Positions 50,464-60,975 of a stretch of DNA of 64,000 bases are shown here, one piece after another. Under the pieces are notes generated by a model. The model worked only from the letters and a program-made list of their open reading frames with translations, was not told the DNA's origin and searched no databases. The DNA is from Terriglobia bacterium (GTDB lineage Bacteria; Acidobacteriota; Terriglobia; JAJPHL01; JAPKYU01). The DNA lies in contig CBDCVK010000010.1 of NCBI GenBank assembly GCA_965223005.1, positions 489,322 to 553,321 on the forward strand, in the 5' to 3' direction. The stretch's first letter is position 1. Each line of letters begins with the position of its first letter. Position numbers and translations under genes: made by a program.

Positions 50464-51435
50464 GTGGGTGAGGTTATTCTGCCGGCGGCGGTGCGCGTGC
50501 CGGGCTCCAGCGCCAACCTGGGGCCGGGGTTCGACGTGCTGGGCCTGGCACTGGAAATCTACCTGGAGGCGCGAGTCGACCGGTCGACACCCGGCAAACC
50601 CCCGGTGCGGCTCGCCGGTCCCCACATCGAAGGAATCTCCACCGACGATTCCAACCTGGTGCTGACCGCTTTTCGCACTGCCTTCCAGCGCACGGGCAAG
50701 CAGGCCCCCTCAGTCTGCCTGGAACTGCGCAACGGGATTCCTCTGACACGAGGATTAGGCTCCAGCGGCGCGGCCGCCGTGGCGGGAGCCACGCTTGCCA
50801 ACTACTGTGGCCGCCTGGGGTTGTCCCGAACCGACATGGTGGCGCTGGCCGCGGAACTGGAAGCCGGTCATGCGGACAACGTGGCCGCCTCCTGCCTGGG
50901 TGGTTTGGCGGTGGCCTGCCGGGGTGGCAGCGCGGATGGCGGCGCCGCGGGGGGAATTCAGGTTCTGGCCTTGCCCTGGCCGCCGGAGATCGTACCGGTG
51001 CTGGCGATTCCGCAGTTACACCTCGAAACCCAGGAGGCGCGCAGCGCGCTGCCGAACTCCTACAGCCGCGCCGACGCCGTGTTCAACCTGCAGCGGGTAG
51101 CACTGCTGGTGGGGGCACTGGCTTCCGGGCGCGCGCCCGAGCTGGCCGACGACTCGGAACTGTTCGCCGCCGCGCTCGCCGACCGCCTGCACCAGCCCTA
51201 CCGCGCCCCTCTCGTGCCGGGACTTCGCGAAGCGCTCGGGCTCCGTGTCCCCGGCCTGCTCGGCGTGGCTCTGAGCGGGGCAGGCCCTTCGCTGATTGCC
51301 TTCGTCCGGGGGGCGCCTCAGCCCACCGTGGCCGCTCTGGAGCAGCTTTACCGAGACCTCGGGCTCACAGCCGAGGTGCGGCCGGTGAAGGTAGACACCG
51401 AGGGCGCCGTCGTGATTGATTCATTGACGATTTGA
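50464..51435 (+). CDS. thrB: Homoserine kinase (GHMP kinase family)
   Basis: PGSSANLGPGFDVLGLAL and GLGSSGAAAVAG GHMP motifs. Confidence 0.85.
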   Translation: MGEVILPAAVRVPGSSANLGPGFDVLGLALEIYLEARVDRSTPGKPPVRLAGPHIEGISTDDSNLVLTAFRTAFQRTGKQAPSVCLELRNGIPLTRGLGSSGAAAVAGATLANYCGRLGLSRTDMVALAAELEAGHADNVAASCLGGLAVACRGGSADGGAAGGIQVLALPWPPEIVPVLAIPQLHLETQEARSALPNSYSRADAVFNLQRVALLVGALASGRAPELADDSELFAAALADRLHQPYRAPLVPGLREALGLRVPGLLGVALSGAGPSLIAFVRGAPQPTVAALEQLYRDLGLTAEVRPVKVDTEGAVVIDSLTI

Positions 51436-51539
51436 GCTTTGAATCATTGCGGTCCTGAGTCGGGTTGGATCCATCGTTAATCCTTCCATCTTCAACGATT
51501 CAATTCCCCGCGAATCAGTTCTGTGCTTTCATAGGGTGA

Positions 51540-52850
51540 ATGAACGGTTATTTCCGCTGCGTGCGGGCGAGGTGCGGCGCCGATTTTTCCCTGAGCGAAA
51601 ACATCCACACCTGTCCACGCTGTGGCGGCCTGTTGGACGTGCTGTTCGAATTTGACCGGGACGCCGCGCAGCAGTGGCCGGCGCTGTGGCAGAAGCGCCG
51701 GGCCTCGCTCCACAGCCTGGACGCCAGCGGCATCTGGCGCTTCCGCGAACTGATCCCCTTCCTGGACGACTACGGCGCGGTGGCCACACTCGGGGAGGGG
51801 AACACGCCGCTGCTGGAGTCGCCCAGAGCGGCGCGCTTTGCCGGGGCGGAGAACCTTCGCTTCAAGCACCAGGGCTTCAACCCTACAGGCTCGTTCAAGG
51901 ACAACGGGATGACCTGCGGGGTCGCCCGGGCGCGGGCGCTGGACATGGGCCTGGTGGGCTGCGTTTCGACCGGCAACACCTCGGCTTCTATGGCCGCCTA
52001 TGCGTCCCATGCAGGGCTGCGTCCGGTGGTCTTCGTTCCGCACGGCAAGATCGCAATGGGCAAACTGGCCCAGGCGCTAGAGTATGGCGCCGTCACCTTT
52101 CAGGTAGAAGCGAACTTCGACGGGATCCTGCGACTCATTTTGCAGATAGCCGACCAGGTGGGCCTCTACCTGCTCAACTCGGTGAACCCGTTTCGTTTGG
52201 AGGGCCAGAAGCTCATCATGGCTGAGCTGCTGGAGCAGTGCGGGTGGAAAGAGCCCGATTGGATCGTTCTGCCCGGCGGCAACCTGGGCAACGTCTCCGC
52301 TTTCGGCAAGGGGCTGCGGGAACTGTTGGACCTGGGCTTGATTCGCAGGCTGCCGCGGCTGGCGGTGGTGCAGGCCGAAGGGGCTGCTCCGCTGTATCGC
52401 ATGCTGTCGGCAGGCGCGGAGCAACTCCAGCCGCTGGAGCACCCACAGTCGCTGGCGACCGCCATCCAGATCGGCGCGCCGGTCTCCTGGCCTAAGGCCG
52501 TCCGCGAATTACGGGCATCGGCGGGGATTTGCGAAATCGTTAGCGAGCAGGAGATCGCAGATGCCAAGGCGGCCATCGGGCGCGCCGGGATCGGCTGCGA
52601 GCCCGCCTCTGCCGCCAGCCTGGCCGGCGTCAAGAAACTGATTGCTTGCGGAAAAATCTCTTCCCACGAGAGCGTGGTGGCCGTGCTGACCGGCCACCTG
52701 CTGAAAGACCCCGACTACATCTTGCGCTATCACGCCGGGGAATTGGAGTGCGCCGGGCAGCTCTTGGAGAGTCGCTTCGCCAATCGACTCCGACAGGTCC
52801 CCGCTGACAGCGCCGAGCTAGAACGCGCCATCCTCTCTATAACGTCTTAG
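51540..52850 (+). CDS. thrC: Threonine synthase (PLP-dependent, with an N-terminal Cys4 zinc ribbon)
   Basis: C..C...CPRCGG zinc ribbon. PLP region FKDNGMTCGVARA (Lys-containing) and GNTSASMAAYA. Confidence 0.85.
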   Translation: MNGYFRCVRARCGADFSLSENIHTCPRCGGLLDVLFEFDRDAAQQWPALWQKRRASLHSLDASGIWRFRELIPFLDDYGAVATLGEGNTPLLESPRAARFAGAENLRFKHQGFNPTGSFKDNGMTCGVARARALDMGLVGCVSTGNTSASMAAYASHAGLRPVVFVPHGKIAMGKLAQALEYGAVTFQVEANFDGILRLILQIADQVGLYLLNSVNPFRLEGQKLIMAELLEQCGWKEPDWIVLPGGNLGNVSAFGKGLRELLDLGLIRRLPRLAVVQAEGAAPLYRMLSAGAEQLQPLEHPQSLATAIQIGAPVSWPKAVRELRASAGICEIVSEQEIADAKAAIGRAGIGCEPASAASLAGVKKLIACGKISSHESVVAVLTGHLLKDPDYILRYHAGELECAGQLLESRFANRLRQVPADSAELERAILSITS

Positions 52851-53058
52851 AACTCAGAAGCAGTCGCAAATCTGTGTAGTCGGGATTTGGTCGGTGCCGA
52901 CCAAAAGAAAGTCCCGTGACTTCCGGTTCCGTCGGTAAAACATTCTGCTTGCATTCTGTTCGACTCCGTTCCATTCTAGCGTGGGGCCTACCTAGACGAG
53001 GAACGGAAGGCCCAAGGATGGGCACCAGCGGCCATCTCCGGAGCGTCTCATAATTGAG

Positions 53059-54084
53059 ATGGCAATCCTGACTGTATCTCGACAGTTCGGCAGCCGCGGG
53101 GATGACATTGCCCGGGAGCTGGCGCGGCGCACCGGATTCCGGCTCCTCACCCGAGAAATTGTCGAGCAGCAGATGCGCGAGCTGTGCGGCGTGGAACCGC
53201 CAGCCCTAGCCACCGAAAGTGAAGAACCGGACGTCAACGGGAGTCCTAATGGGCGTCCGGCCGCAGAAGTGACCCTCTACGCCGACCTGGTGACCACCGT
53301 GGTGGCGGACCTGGCAACGGTTGAGGATTTTGTCTTGGTGGAACTGGGCGGCCAGTGCCTGTTCCACGAGGCGTCCTGCGCAGCGCACCTGCGCGTGGTG
53401 GCGCCGCGCTCCTGGCGCGCTGCGACGGTGGCCGCTGAGCTGGCACTGGCTCCGCCCGCCGCTGCGCAACTGGTGGCTCGCCAGGACGTCGCCCAGGCGC
53501 GGTATCTTCGGATGGTTTTCAGGCGTAGCGCGGAGCGAGCGGATCTCTACCATCTGGTCCTGAACACCGCGGCGCTGGATCAGGATCACGCCATGGACCT
53601 GGCGATGTCTGCCGTGGATTCCATTCGGTTGCGCAGCGCGGGCCGGCTTTCGGCCGAGGCCGGCGAGCGCATGAAGGTGCAAAGCAAGATGCGCCTGGCC
53701 CGGCACTTTGCCGACCTGCCCGGCTCGGCCCTGCTCGAACGCGTCTCCTTTGCCCACCCCAGCGAGCGCGTCTTCGCCCGCCTGATGGACTTTTATCGCA
53801 TCGAGTGGGAGTACGAGCCGCGCACCTTCCCCATCGAGTGGAACGAGCAGGGCGTCGTGGTGGAAGCCTTCACGCCCGACTTCCACCTACCCGAACTGGG
53901 CTTGTACGTGGAATTGACCACCATGAAGCAATCCCTGGTCACCCGCAAGAACCGCAAGGTCAAGCGGCTGCGTGAGCTGCATCCGGAGGTCAACATCCGC
54001 ATCTTCTACCAGAAGGACGTCGAAGACTTGATCTTCAAGCTGGGAGCGCAGTACCAGCGCGAAGAGTTAAGCGTAGGGAGTTGA
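53059..54084 (+). CDS. Fusion of a cytidylate-kinase-like family N-domain with a C-terminal DUF559/Vsr-like (PD-(D/E)xK-fold) endonuclease-like domain
   Basis: N-terminus MAILTVSRQFGSRGDDIARELARRTGFRLLTREIV (Cytidylate_kin2-type P-loop-like). C-terminus FTPDFHLPELGLYVELTT...RKNRKVKRLRELHPEVNIRIFYQKDV follows the DUF559 pattern (vDF....l.iE.dG....D..R...L...G..v.Rf). Confidence 0.5.
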   Translation: MAILTVSRQFGSRGDDIARELARRTGFRLLTREIVEQQMRELCGVEPPALATESEEPDVNGSPNGRPAAEVTLYADLVTTVVADLATVEDFVLVELGGQCLFHEASCAAHLRVVAPRSWRAATVAAELALAPPAAAQLVARQDVAQARYLRMVFRRSAERADLYHLVLNTAALDQDHAMDLAMSAVDSIRLRSAGRLSAEAGERMKVQSKMRLARHFADLPGSALLERVSFAHPSERVFARLMDFYRIEWEYEPRTFPIEWNEQGVVVEAFTPDFHLPELGLYVELTTMKQSLVTRKNRKVKRLRELHPEVNIRIFYQKDVEDLIFKLGAQYQREELSVGS

Positions 54085-54171
54085 CAATCGCGTCCTGGCG
54101 AGTGATGGCGCGTGCCGGGTGGTCTTGGCTTTTAACTTCTCACCCTTCATTCTAAACTGTCCACTCATCCC

Positions 54172-54708
54172 ATGCATGCGGACGTGGAACGCATCCTGTT
54201 TCCCGAAGAAGAAATTCGTCGGCGCGTGGCCGAGGTGGCCGGTGAAATCTCCGCCGACTATGCCGACAAGGAGCTGACGCTGATCACCGTGCTTCGCGGC
54301 GCGCTGTTCTTCGGCGCCGACTTGGCTCGCGCCCTGCGGCCGCCTGTGCGCATGGATTTCCTGGCTGTCTCTCCTTTTCCACGCGCCGCCGACTCGGGTG
54401 TGGTCCGGATTGTCAAGGACCTGGACGAAAGCATTTCCGGAGAAGACGTCCTGCTGGTGGAGGATATCGTGGACACCGGTCTGACCCTGCGCTACCTGCT
54501 CAAGACCCTGGCAGCGCGCCAGCCCAACAGCCTGGCCGTCTGCACCCTGCTGGACAAGACGCCCCGCCGGCTGGTCGAGGTGCCGGTGCGCTACCGCTGC
54601 TTCGAAATCCCCGACCGCTTCGTAGTAGGCTACGGGCTGGACTACCAGCAGCGCTATCGCAACCTGCCCTACGTGGGGGTGCTCAAGGCGGAGGTGTTCC
54701 GCAGCTGA
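54172..54708 (+). CDS. hpt: Hypoxanthine-guanine phosphoribosyltransferase
   Basis: PRPP-binding motif VLLVEDIVDTGLTL. Confidence 0.85.
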   Translation: MHADVERILFPEEEIRRRVAEVAGEISADYADKELTLITVLRGALFFGADLARALRPPVRMDFLAVSPFPRAADSGVVRIVKDLDESISGEDVLLVEDIVDTGLTLRYLLKTLAARQPNSLAVCTLLDKTPRRLVEVPVRYRCFEIPDRFVVGYGLDYQQRYRNLPYVGVLKAEVFRS

Positions 54709-54746
54709 GCGTTCTACGGCATTTTGGCTTGCGAGCGTAGCGCCGG

Positions 54747-56081
54747 TCAGAATTTTGTGACTTCGGTGAAGTGGAAGTCGCGGACCTTCATCGGGGGCAC
54801 CACCATCTCGAAAGACTCTTCGCCGGCGGCGCGCTCGGCAACTCCAAGCACTTCCACATTGTTGAGCATCTCCACTAGGCTTTGGTTGAAACGGAAGTTG
54901 AAGATACCACGGCGCACCTTCCCTTCTTCCACCAGGAAAGTGCCGTCCCGGGTCATTCCGGTCAGAATCTTCTGGTACGGGTCCACTTCACGAATGTACC
55001 AGAGGCGGGTGACCAGAATACCGCGCTCGGTCGAGGCGATCATGCTGTCCAGCGAGGCGCTGCCGCCGGCGAACACGATGTTCATGGGAGCCTCGCCGAC
55101 CTCGTTGGGAAGGGGAAACCCGTGCCCGGTGGGCTGAGTCTTCATGAGGTGGGCGGTCTGCCGGGAATAGACCAGGTTGGCGGCCACGCCACGTTCCACC
55201 AGCACCACCGGCTTGCGGCATGTCCCTTCGCCATCAAACGGGGCGCCGGATTGCAGCGGGTGGTAGGCATCATCCACTACGGTGATGTTCTCGCCAAACA
55301 GCTTGGTTCCCAGGCGGCCAGTCAGGAAGCTGCGCTTGTCATACACCGAGCGTCCCGAAAAATCGTAGAACAGGAAGCCGACCAGGTCCAGCACGGCGGA
55401 AGGCTCCAGCAAGACAGTGTAACGGCCGGAAGGAATCTCTGCCGGATCAGCACTGAGCGCGGCCTTGGTGGAGGCGCGCAGAGCCAGTTCCTCGACCGGG
55501 ATGCCCCGCACGTCCGGTGCATTGGCTTTGGCCCAGCCCGAGCTGTTTTCCGCCAGCATGGTCACGGAGAACTCCGCGTCGGTTTCCCTGTGGTAGGCGA
55601 ACAGGCCGCGGGAATTCAGCATGGCCAGCATATCGGTGCCGCTGGAGAGGATTCCGGCCGCGGTCTGGCCGTGCTGCTGGGCCACCTGGACCACCTGGCG
55701 GACGCCGGTGGCGCGCGCCTCCGGCGTCATGGCGGCAGTGGCTTCAAAATAGCGCTCCACACCGGGACAGTTCTCCGGGCCGGGCAGGGACGGCAGCTCG
55801 GGGTCGGGTTGCTGTTGACGGGCAACGGAAGCCGAAGCGGTCACCACCCGGTGAATGGAATCGTCGTCGAACTTGTTGGTGGTGGCGCGCGCCGTCCGGC
55901 CGCCATAGACGGTGCGCACCGAAAGCACGTAGCCCTCTTCCGCTACATTCTGGTGAATGCTGTTATTGGCAAAGCGGGTCAGTTCGTGAACGCCGCCCTC
56001 GATCAGCGCTTCGGTTTCGTCGGCATCGCTGAACTTTCGGACCTTCTCGAAAATTTCCTGGCAGCGTTCAGGTTCTAGCAC
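54747..56081 (-). CDS. pmbA: TldD/PmbA-family metalloprotease (PmbA/TldE-like)
   Basis: 444 aa. Paralogous to the adjacent tldD. Has HEVGH-like...GHG motifs of the family. Confidence 0.8.
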   Translation of the reverse strand: MLEPERCQEIFEKVRKFSDADETEALIEGGVHELTRFANNSIHQNVAEEGYVLSVRTVYGGRTARATTNKFDDDSIHRVVTASASVARQQQPDPELPSLPGPENCPGVERYFEATAAMTPEARATGVRQVVQVAQQHGQTAAGILSSGTDMLAMLNSRGLFAYHRETDAEFSVTMLAENSSGWAKANAPDVRGIPVEELALRASTKAALSADPAEIPSGRYTVLLEPSAVLDLVGFLFYDFSGRSVYDKRSFLTGRLGTKLFGENITVVDDAYHPLQSGAPFDGEGTCRKPVVLVERGVAANLVYSRQTAHLMKTQPTGHGFPLPNEVGEAPMNIVFAGGSASLDSMIASTERGILVTRLWYIREVDPYQKILTGMTRDGTFLVEEGKVRRGIFNFRFNQSLVEMLNNVEVLGVAERAAGEESFEMVVPPMKVRDFHFTEVTKF

Positions 56082-56243
56082 GAGCTTGGTCCTAATCTTC
56101 CGGAGTCAGAAAAACTAAATCGAAAAAAACATCCGCAGATTACGCAGATTTCGCAGAACTAAGATCTTTCCATTCCGTGAAAACTCAGTGGAGCCGCGAA
56201 ACTTTGTGGATACGTTCGAAATGCGGAATCCCGAAATCCGCAC

Positions 56244-57701
56244 TCAGCCAGAATAGGCTACGCCCACCTTCACGCCACGGAAGCGGGCCGGGGATGCGCC
56301 GTGGCCTGTCCCCATCGCCTGCGACGGCTGGCCCTTACCGCAGTTGGGGGTGCCCCACAACACCCAGTGGTCGCGGTTGGCAATGGCGTCACAAGAGTTC
56401 CAGAACTCGGTGGTGATCCCGCTGTAGCTGGGGTTCTTCACCATCCGGGTCTTCTTGCCGTTCTTGATTTCCCAGCCCACCTCGCAACCGAATTGGAAGT
56501 GGTAGCGCTTGTCATCAATGGACCAACTCCGGTTGGTTTCCATGTAGATGCCGTTGTCGGTGGAGGCCACGAGGTCTTCCTGGCTACGGTCTCCGGGCAG
56601 CAGGCTGACGTTGGTCATGCGGATCAGCGGGATGCGGTTCCAGCTCTCCGCCCGCATGGTTCCGTTGGAACGCGGCAAGCCGAGGGCCGGAGCCGTCTCC
56701 CGAGAGGTGAGGTAGCCTGTGAACTGCCCATTGCGAACGATGTCGGTCGATTGCGCGGGGACCCCCTCGTCGTCGAACGCAAACGTGCCCAGCCCGGGGC
56801 CATGTTCCGGGCGGGCGTCGGCAACCACGTTGACGATTTCCGAGCCATACTGCAGGCGGCCAAGTTGGTCCAGCGTGAGGAAGCTGCCGCCGGCGAAATT
56901 CGCTTCGGTCCCCAGCACCCGGTCCAATTCGATGGGATGGCCGATGGATTCGTGGATTTGCAACGCCAGTTGTGAGCTATCCAGGACCAGGTCTCGCACG
57001 CCTTCCGGGCACTGGTGGGCGTGATGCAAAGCCACCGCTTCCTCGGCGATTCGTGGCGCATTCTCCACCAGCCGCAGTTCTTCAATGAGGTCGTAGCCCC
57101 GGAGCTGGTACTGCCCGCCGAAGGAGCTGGGATAGGAGCGCTTCTGGATCTCATTTCCGGAAAAGGCAAAGGCGGCGAATCCGCCGCCGGTCACATAGCG
57201 AGTCTGGTGAATCACCGAACCCAGCGTGCTCAGGAAGAGCTGCTCCTGGCGCCGGAAATCCAGCGCAGCTTCTGCCAGCGTGACCCCGGTCACGCGGCGC
57301 AGTTCCCTGTCCACTTCGAGCAACAGGGCGATGTTCTCATCAATGCCGGTGGCAAATGGATCCTTACCGACAGGGGACTCCCAGGCGGCCTCAATCTTTT
57401 CTTCGGGGGCCAACACCACATCGCGCTGCTTGACCAGGGCGGAAGCGTGTGCAATGGCCACGGCTTTCGAGGCGGTCTCTTCGACCCTCGCGCGCGTGAG
57501 CGTGTCGGTGGAAGCAAACCCCCAGGCGCCTCCGGCTAGCACCCGGACGCCCAGCCCCAGCGTTTCGCTGACAGCGGCCTGGCCTACCTTGCCGTTCTTG
57601 GTGGAAACAAAGCGCTCCCGCGTCTCTACGACCCGGACGTCCGCATAGCTGGCGCCCAACACTTCGGCGCGATTGAGCGCCCAAGAGCCCACGTCCCGCA
57701 T
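56244..57701 (-). CDS. tldD: TldD-family metalloprotease
   Basis: 485 aa with HESIGHPIELDRV (HExxxH) and a C-terminal GxC motif. Confidence 0.85.
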   Translation of the reverse strand: MRDVGSWALNRAEVLGASYADVRVVETRERFVSTKNGKVGQAAVSETLGLGVRVLAGGAWGFASTDTLTRARVEETASKAVAIAHASALVKQRDVVLAPEEKIEAAWESPVGKDPFATGIDENIALLLEVDRELRRVTGVTLAEAALDFRRQEQLFLSTLGSVIHQTRYVTGGGFAAFAFSGNEIQKRSYPSSFGGQYQLRGYDLIEELRLVENAPRIAEEAVALHHAHQCPEGVRDLVLDSSQLALQIHESIGHPIELDRVLGTEANFAGGSFLTLDQLGRLQYGSEIVNVVADARPEHGPGLGTFAFDDEGVPAQSTDIVRNGQFTGYLTSRETAPALGLPRSNGTMRAESWNRIPLIRMTNVSLLPGDRSQEDLVASTDNGIYMETNRSWSIDDKRYHFQFGCEVGWEIKNGKKTRMVKNPSYSGITTEFWNSCDAIANRDHWVLWGTPNCGKGQPSQAMGTGHGASPARFRGVKVGVAYSG

Positions 57702-57713
57702 TTCTATTTAGGA

Positions 57714-58988
57714 TCAGGTCCCTTCTGACCAGGAAGCCAGATAGGCCTCCTGTTCTGGAGTTAAGCGGTCAATTTTCAAGCCCATGGAATCCAGCTTCAG
57801 CCGGGCCACGTTCTTGTCAATTGCCTCGGGCGCCGGGTACACCTTGTTCTCCAGTTGCCCGGCGCTCTTCACCAAGTATTCGACCGACAAGGCCTGATTG
57901 GCAAAGCTCATGTCCATCACCGCTGCCGGATGGCCCTCGGCGGCGGACAGGTTAATCAGGCGGCCCTCGGCCAGTAGGTAGATCTTCCGGCCGTCTCGCA
58001 TGGAATATTCGTCCACAAACTCGCGGGCGGGACGCTTGCCAGAGGCCATCTTTTCCAGCGCGGGAATGTCAATCTCGACGTTAAAGTGGCCGGAGTTGGC
58101 CAGCACCGCCCCGTTCTTCATATGTTCAAAGTGTTCGCGGCCAATGACGTTCTTATTGCCGGTCACAGTGACGAAAATGTCGCCAAGGCGGGCAGCTTCA
58201 GCCATGGACATGACGCGGTAGCCATCCATGACGGCTTCGAGGGCACGGGTGGGATCGACCTCGGTGACAATAACCTCGGCGCCCAAGCCGCGTGCGCGCG
58301 AGGCCAGCCCGCGACCGCACCAACCGTACCCGCCCACCACGACCTTGAGACCGGCCAGCAACAGGTTGGTCGCGCGCAGGATGCCGTCAATGGTGGACTG
58401 GCCGGTTCCGTAGCGGTTGTCGAACAGGTGCTTGGTGTAGGCATCGTTCACCGAGATCACCGGGTAGGGCAGTACGCCCTCGCGGGCCATTGCGCGCAGG
58501 CGAATGACGCCGGTGGTGGTTTCCTCGGTCCCCCCGATGGTCTCGGCCAGCGCCTCGCGGCGCTTCGTCACACCGGTGGTGATCAGGTCGGCCCCGTCGT
58601 CTACGGTGACCTGCGGCCGATGGTCCAGGGCCGCATCGACATGCGAGTAGTAGGTTTTGTCGTCCTCACCCTTGATGGCGAATACCGGGATGCTGTAGTC
58701 GCGCACCAGCGCGGCCGCCACGTCGTCCTGGGTGCTGAGCGGGTTGGAGGCGCACAAGACCACCTGGGCACCGCCGTCCCGCAGGGTAATCGCCAGATTG
58801 GCCGTCTCGGTGGTGATGTGGAGGCAGCCGGAAATCCGAATGCCCTTTAAAGGCTGGGCTTTGATGAACTGCTTGCGGATCAACTGGAGCGCGGGCATGG
58901 ACTGATTGGCCCAATCGATGCGCCGCTTGCCTGACTCGGCCAGGCCGGGATCCTGAATATCACACGTCATCTTGGGAACAGTGGACAT
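57714..58988 (-). CDS. ahcY: Adenosylhomocysteinase
   Basis: 424 aa. NAD-binding GYGWCGRG and conserved substrate-binding regions. Confidence 0.95.
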   Translation of the reverse strand: MSTVPKMTCDIQDPGLAESGKRRIDWANQSMPALQLIRKQFIKAQPLKGIRISGCLHITTETANLAITLRDGGAQVVLCASNPLSTQDDVAAALVRDYSIPVFAIKGEDDKTYYSHVDAALDHRPQVTVDDGADLITTGVTKRREALAETIGGTEETTTGVIRLRAMAREGVLPYPVISVNDAYTKHLFDNRYGTGQSTIDGILRATNLLLAGLKVVVGGYGWCGRGLASRARGLGAEVIVTEVDPTRALEAVMDGYRVMSMAEAARLGDIFVTVTGNKNVIGREHFEHMKNGAVLANSGHFNVEIDIPALEKMASGKRPAREFVDEYSMRDGRKIYLLAEGRLINLSAAEGHPAAVMDMSFANQALSVEYLVKSAGQLENKVYPAPEAIDKNVARLKLDSMGLKIDRLTPEQEAYLASWSEGT

Positions 58989-59006
58989 AGTGGGTCTCGA
59001 GTTTCC

Positions 59007-60182
59007 TCAGTGGGCTTGGGCTGTCGCGGGAACCCCAGCGGCGCTGCGCAAGACCGCCGCCTTGTCGGTGCGCTCCCAGGTGAACTCCGGCTCGGTACGG
59101 CCGAAGTGCCCGTAGGCCGCGGTCTTCCGGTAAATCGGGCGCCGGAGCTGCAAGTGGTCAATAATTCGCAGGGGGGTCAGAGAGAAAGTGTCGCGGACCA
59201 GTTCGACCAGCCGGTCCTCAGGCATGGCTCCCGTCTCGAACGTGTTCACCATCACTGAGACCGGCTCAGCCACTCCAATGGCATACGCCAGCTGAACCTC
59301 CGCCCGGCGGGCAAGTTCGGCTGCCACCAGATTCTTGGCAATGTATCGGGCCATATAGGTGGCGGACCGATCCACCTTGGAGGGGTCCTTGCCGGAAAAC
59401 GCCCCGCCGCCGTGGCGGCCAACACCTCCATAGGTATCAACGATGATCTTTCGTCCGGTCAGGCCGGTGTCGCCGTGCGGGCCGCCGCACACGAAGCGCC
59501 CGGTCGGGTTGACGTGGAACTTGACTCTACGGTCGCTCAAGTGGGAGGGGAGAACTGGCTTGATGACCTGTTCCAGGATGTCCTGGCGGAGTTGTTCCAT
59601 CGGAACCTGTTCGGCGTGCTGCGCCGAGATCACGACCGTATCCACCCGCACCGGCTGGTCCCCTTCATACTCGACCGTTACCTGTGACTTGCCATCCGGG
59701 CGCAGGTACTCCAGGAGGCCTTCCTTGCGGCACTGGGTCAGACGACGGGTGAGCTTGTGCGCCAGCAAGATGGGCAGCGGCATCAACTCCTCGCTCTCGT
59801 CCGAGGCGTAGCCAATCATCATCCCCTGGTCGCCCGCTCCCCCTGGATCTACACCCATGGCAATGTCGGGAGACTGCTCGTGAATGGCGGTTAGCACGGA
59901 GCAGCTTTCATAATCCAGCCCGTACCGGGCATCCGTATAGCCCAGCTCCTTGATCGTGTTGCGAACGACCGTGGGATAGTCCACGACCGCCCTGGTGGTG
60001 ATTTCCCCTGCAACCAAGGCCAGCCCGGTGGTCAGCAGGCATTCGCAGGCCACCCGTCCGGTGGGATCTTTGGCCAGGACCGCATCCAGGACGGCATCGG
60101 AAACCTGGTCGGCGATCTTGTCCGGGTGCCCCTCGGTAACCGACTCGGAAGTAACCAGATAGTGAAGACGCGACTTGGCCAA
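59007..60182 (-). CDS. metK: S-adenosylmethionine synthetase
   Basis: [29 protein letters not shown]..., [16 protein letters not shown]. Confidence 0.95.
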   Translation of the reverse strand: MAKSRLHYLVTSESVTEGHPDKIADQVSDAVLDAVLAKDPTGRVACECLLTTGLALVAGEITTRAVVDYPTVVRNTIKELGYTDARYGLDYESCSVLTAIHEQSPDIAMGVDPGGAGDQGMMIGYASDESEELMPLPILLAHKLTRRLTQCRKEGLLEYLRPDGKSQVTVEYEGDQPVRVDTVVISAQHAEQVPMEQLRQDILEQVIKPVLPSHLSDRRVKFHVNPTGRFVCGGPHGDTGLTGRKIIVDTYGGVGRHGGGAFSGKDPSKVDRSATYMARYIAKNLVAAELARRAEVQLAYAIGVAEPVSVMVNTFETGAMPEDRLVELVRDTFSLTPLRIIDHLQLRRPIYRKTAAYGHFGRTEPEFTWERTDKAAVLRSAAGVPATAQAH

Positions 60183-60248
60183 TGAAGATGCCTCCTTTGC
60201 TCAACCTTACATTCTAAACCAGCAGGGGAGAATCACGACAGGCACCTA

Positions 60249-60286
60249 GCCTTGCCGGTGGCCAGGCGCCGGTGGCCAGGCAAGGC
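60249..60286 (+). promoter_or_regulatory. 38-nt structured element in the metK leader: GCCTTGCC/GGCAAGGC stem enclosing two GGTGGCCAGG direct repeats
   Basis: Read directly from the sequence, about 65-100 nt upstream of the metK start on its mRNA. It does not match SAM-I core motifs that I could recognise. Confidence 0.3.
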
Positions 60287-60602
60287 GTCAACCTAGCAGA
60301 GCTTTCGCGGAACTGTCAAACAATTTTCCCCCGGCGGCTCGCGCGCTTCGCTTCAACTGCTTGTCATTGCTTCACCGAAGGCCATTTGCTGGCTTCACTG
60401 AAGGCCGCTTGCGGATGTCCGTAGCCTTGTAGTTTGAAAAGCTTACCGAGCGTAATTTGAAAAGCCTACCGAGCTGCCATCGTCATGGAGCATTCAAGCC
60501 AGAGGTCTTCCCAGCCACCTGCCACAAGCAGAACTGCACGCAACTATTGGTGACCTCGGCCCGTCTAACGTGGGCAGGACACTTTCAAGGGAGGGTAGCA
60601 TC

Positions 60603-60863
60603 ATGGCGACTGCTCTTAAGGCGTTGAAAGAGAAGCTGATACGGACGAAGGTCTATTGCACTCTATGCACCCGAACCGTGGAGGCCCGTGTTGGTTTGAC
60701 TACCAGCGTGGTGGGCAGGCGGCGTCTGGCTGTGTCTCCCGGGCAGAAGTGCCCACGGTGTGAGGCTCCGCTGGATGCGGCGTTCGTCCTCAACAAACTC
60801 CCATTCGTTGCGGCAGTCTGGTCCTCCCAACCCACCTTGGCCAGCAGTTCGCCGCGCCCGTAG
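60603..60863 (+). CDS. Hypothetical small zinc-ribbon protein (CxxC...CxxC)
   Basis: CTLC...(27)...CPRC. Start taken at MATALKALKEK within the 60570 ORF. Confidence 0.35.
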   Translation: MATALKALKEKLIRTKVYCTLCTRTVEARVGLTTSVVGRRRLAVSPGQKCPRCEAPLDAAFVLNKLPFVAAVWSSQPTLASSSPRP

Positions 60864-60975
60864 CGCAGCCTGACCGCTGCAGCCACGGGCCTGGAATCTC
60901 CAGACCCTTGCTGAACTTGCAGGTGCAGGACCACCCGCTCAATCATTTAGAACTTCGACAGTACAAATTTCGATT

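Noticed and set aside
54882-56078. 398-aa plus-strand ORF
   Set aside because: Antisense to the PmbA/TldD-family gene on the minus strand.
60183-60569. SAM riboswitch upstream of metK
   Set aside because: I could not find the SAM-I/SAM-II consensus cores by eye. Retained only as an unclassified structured leader.
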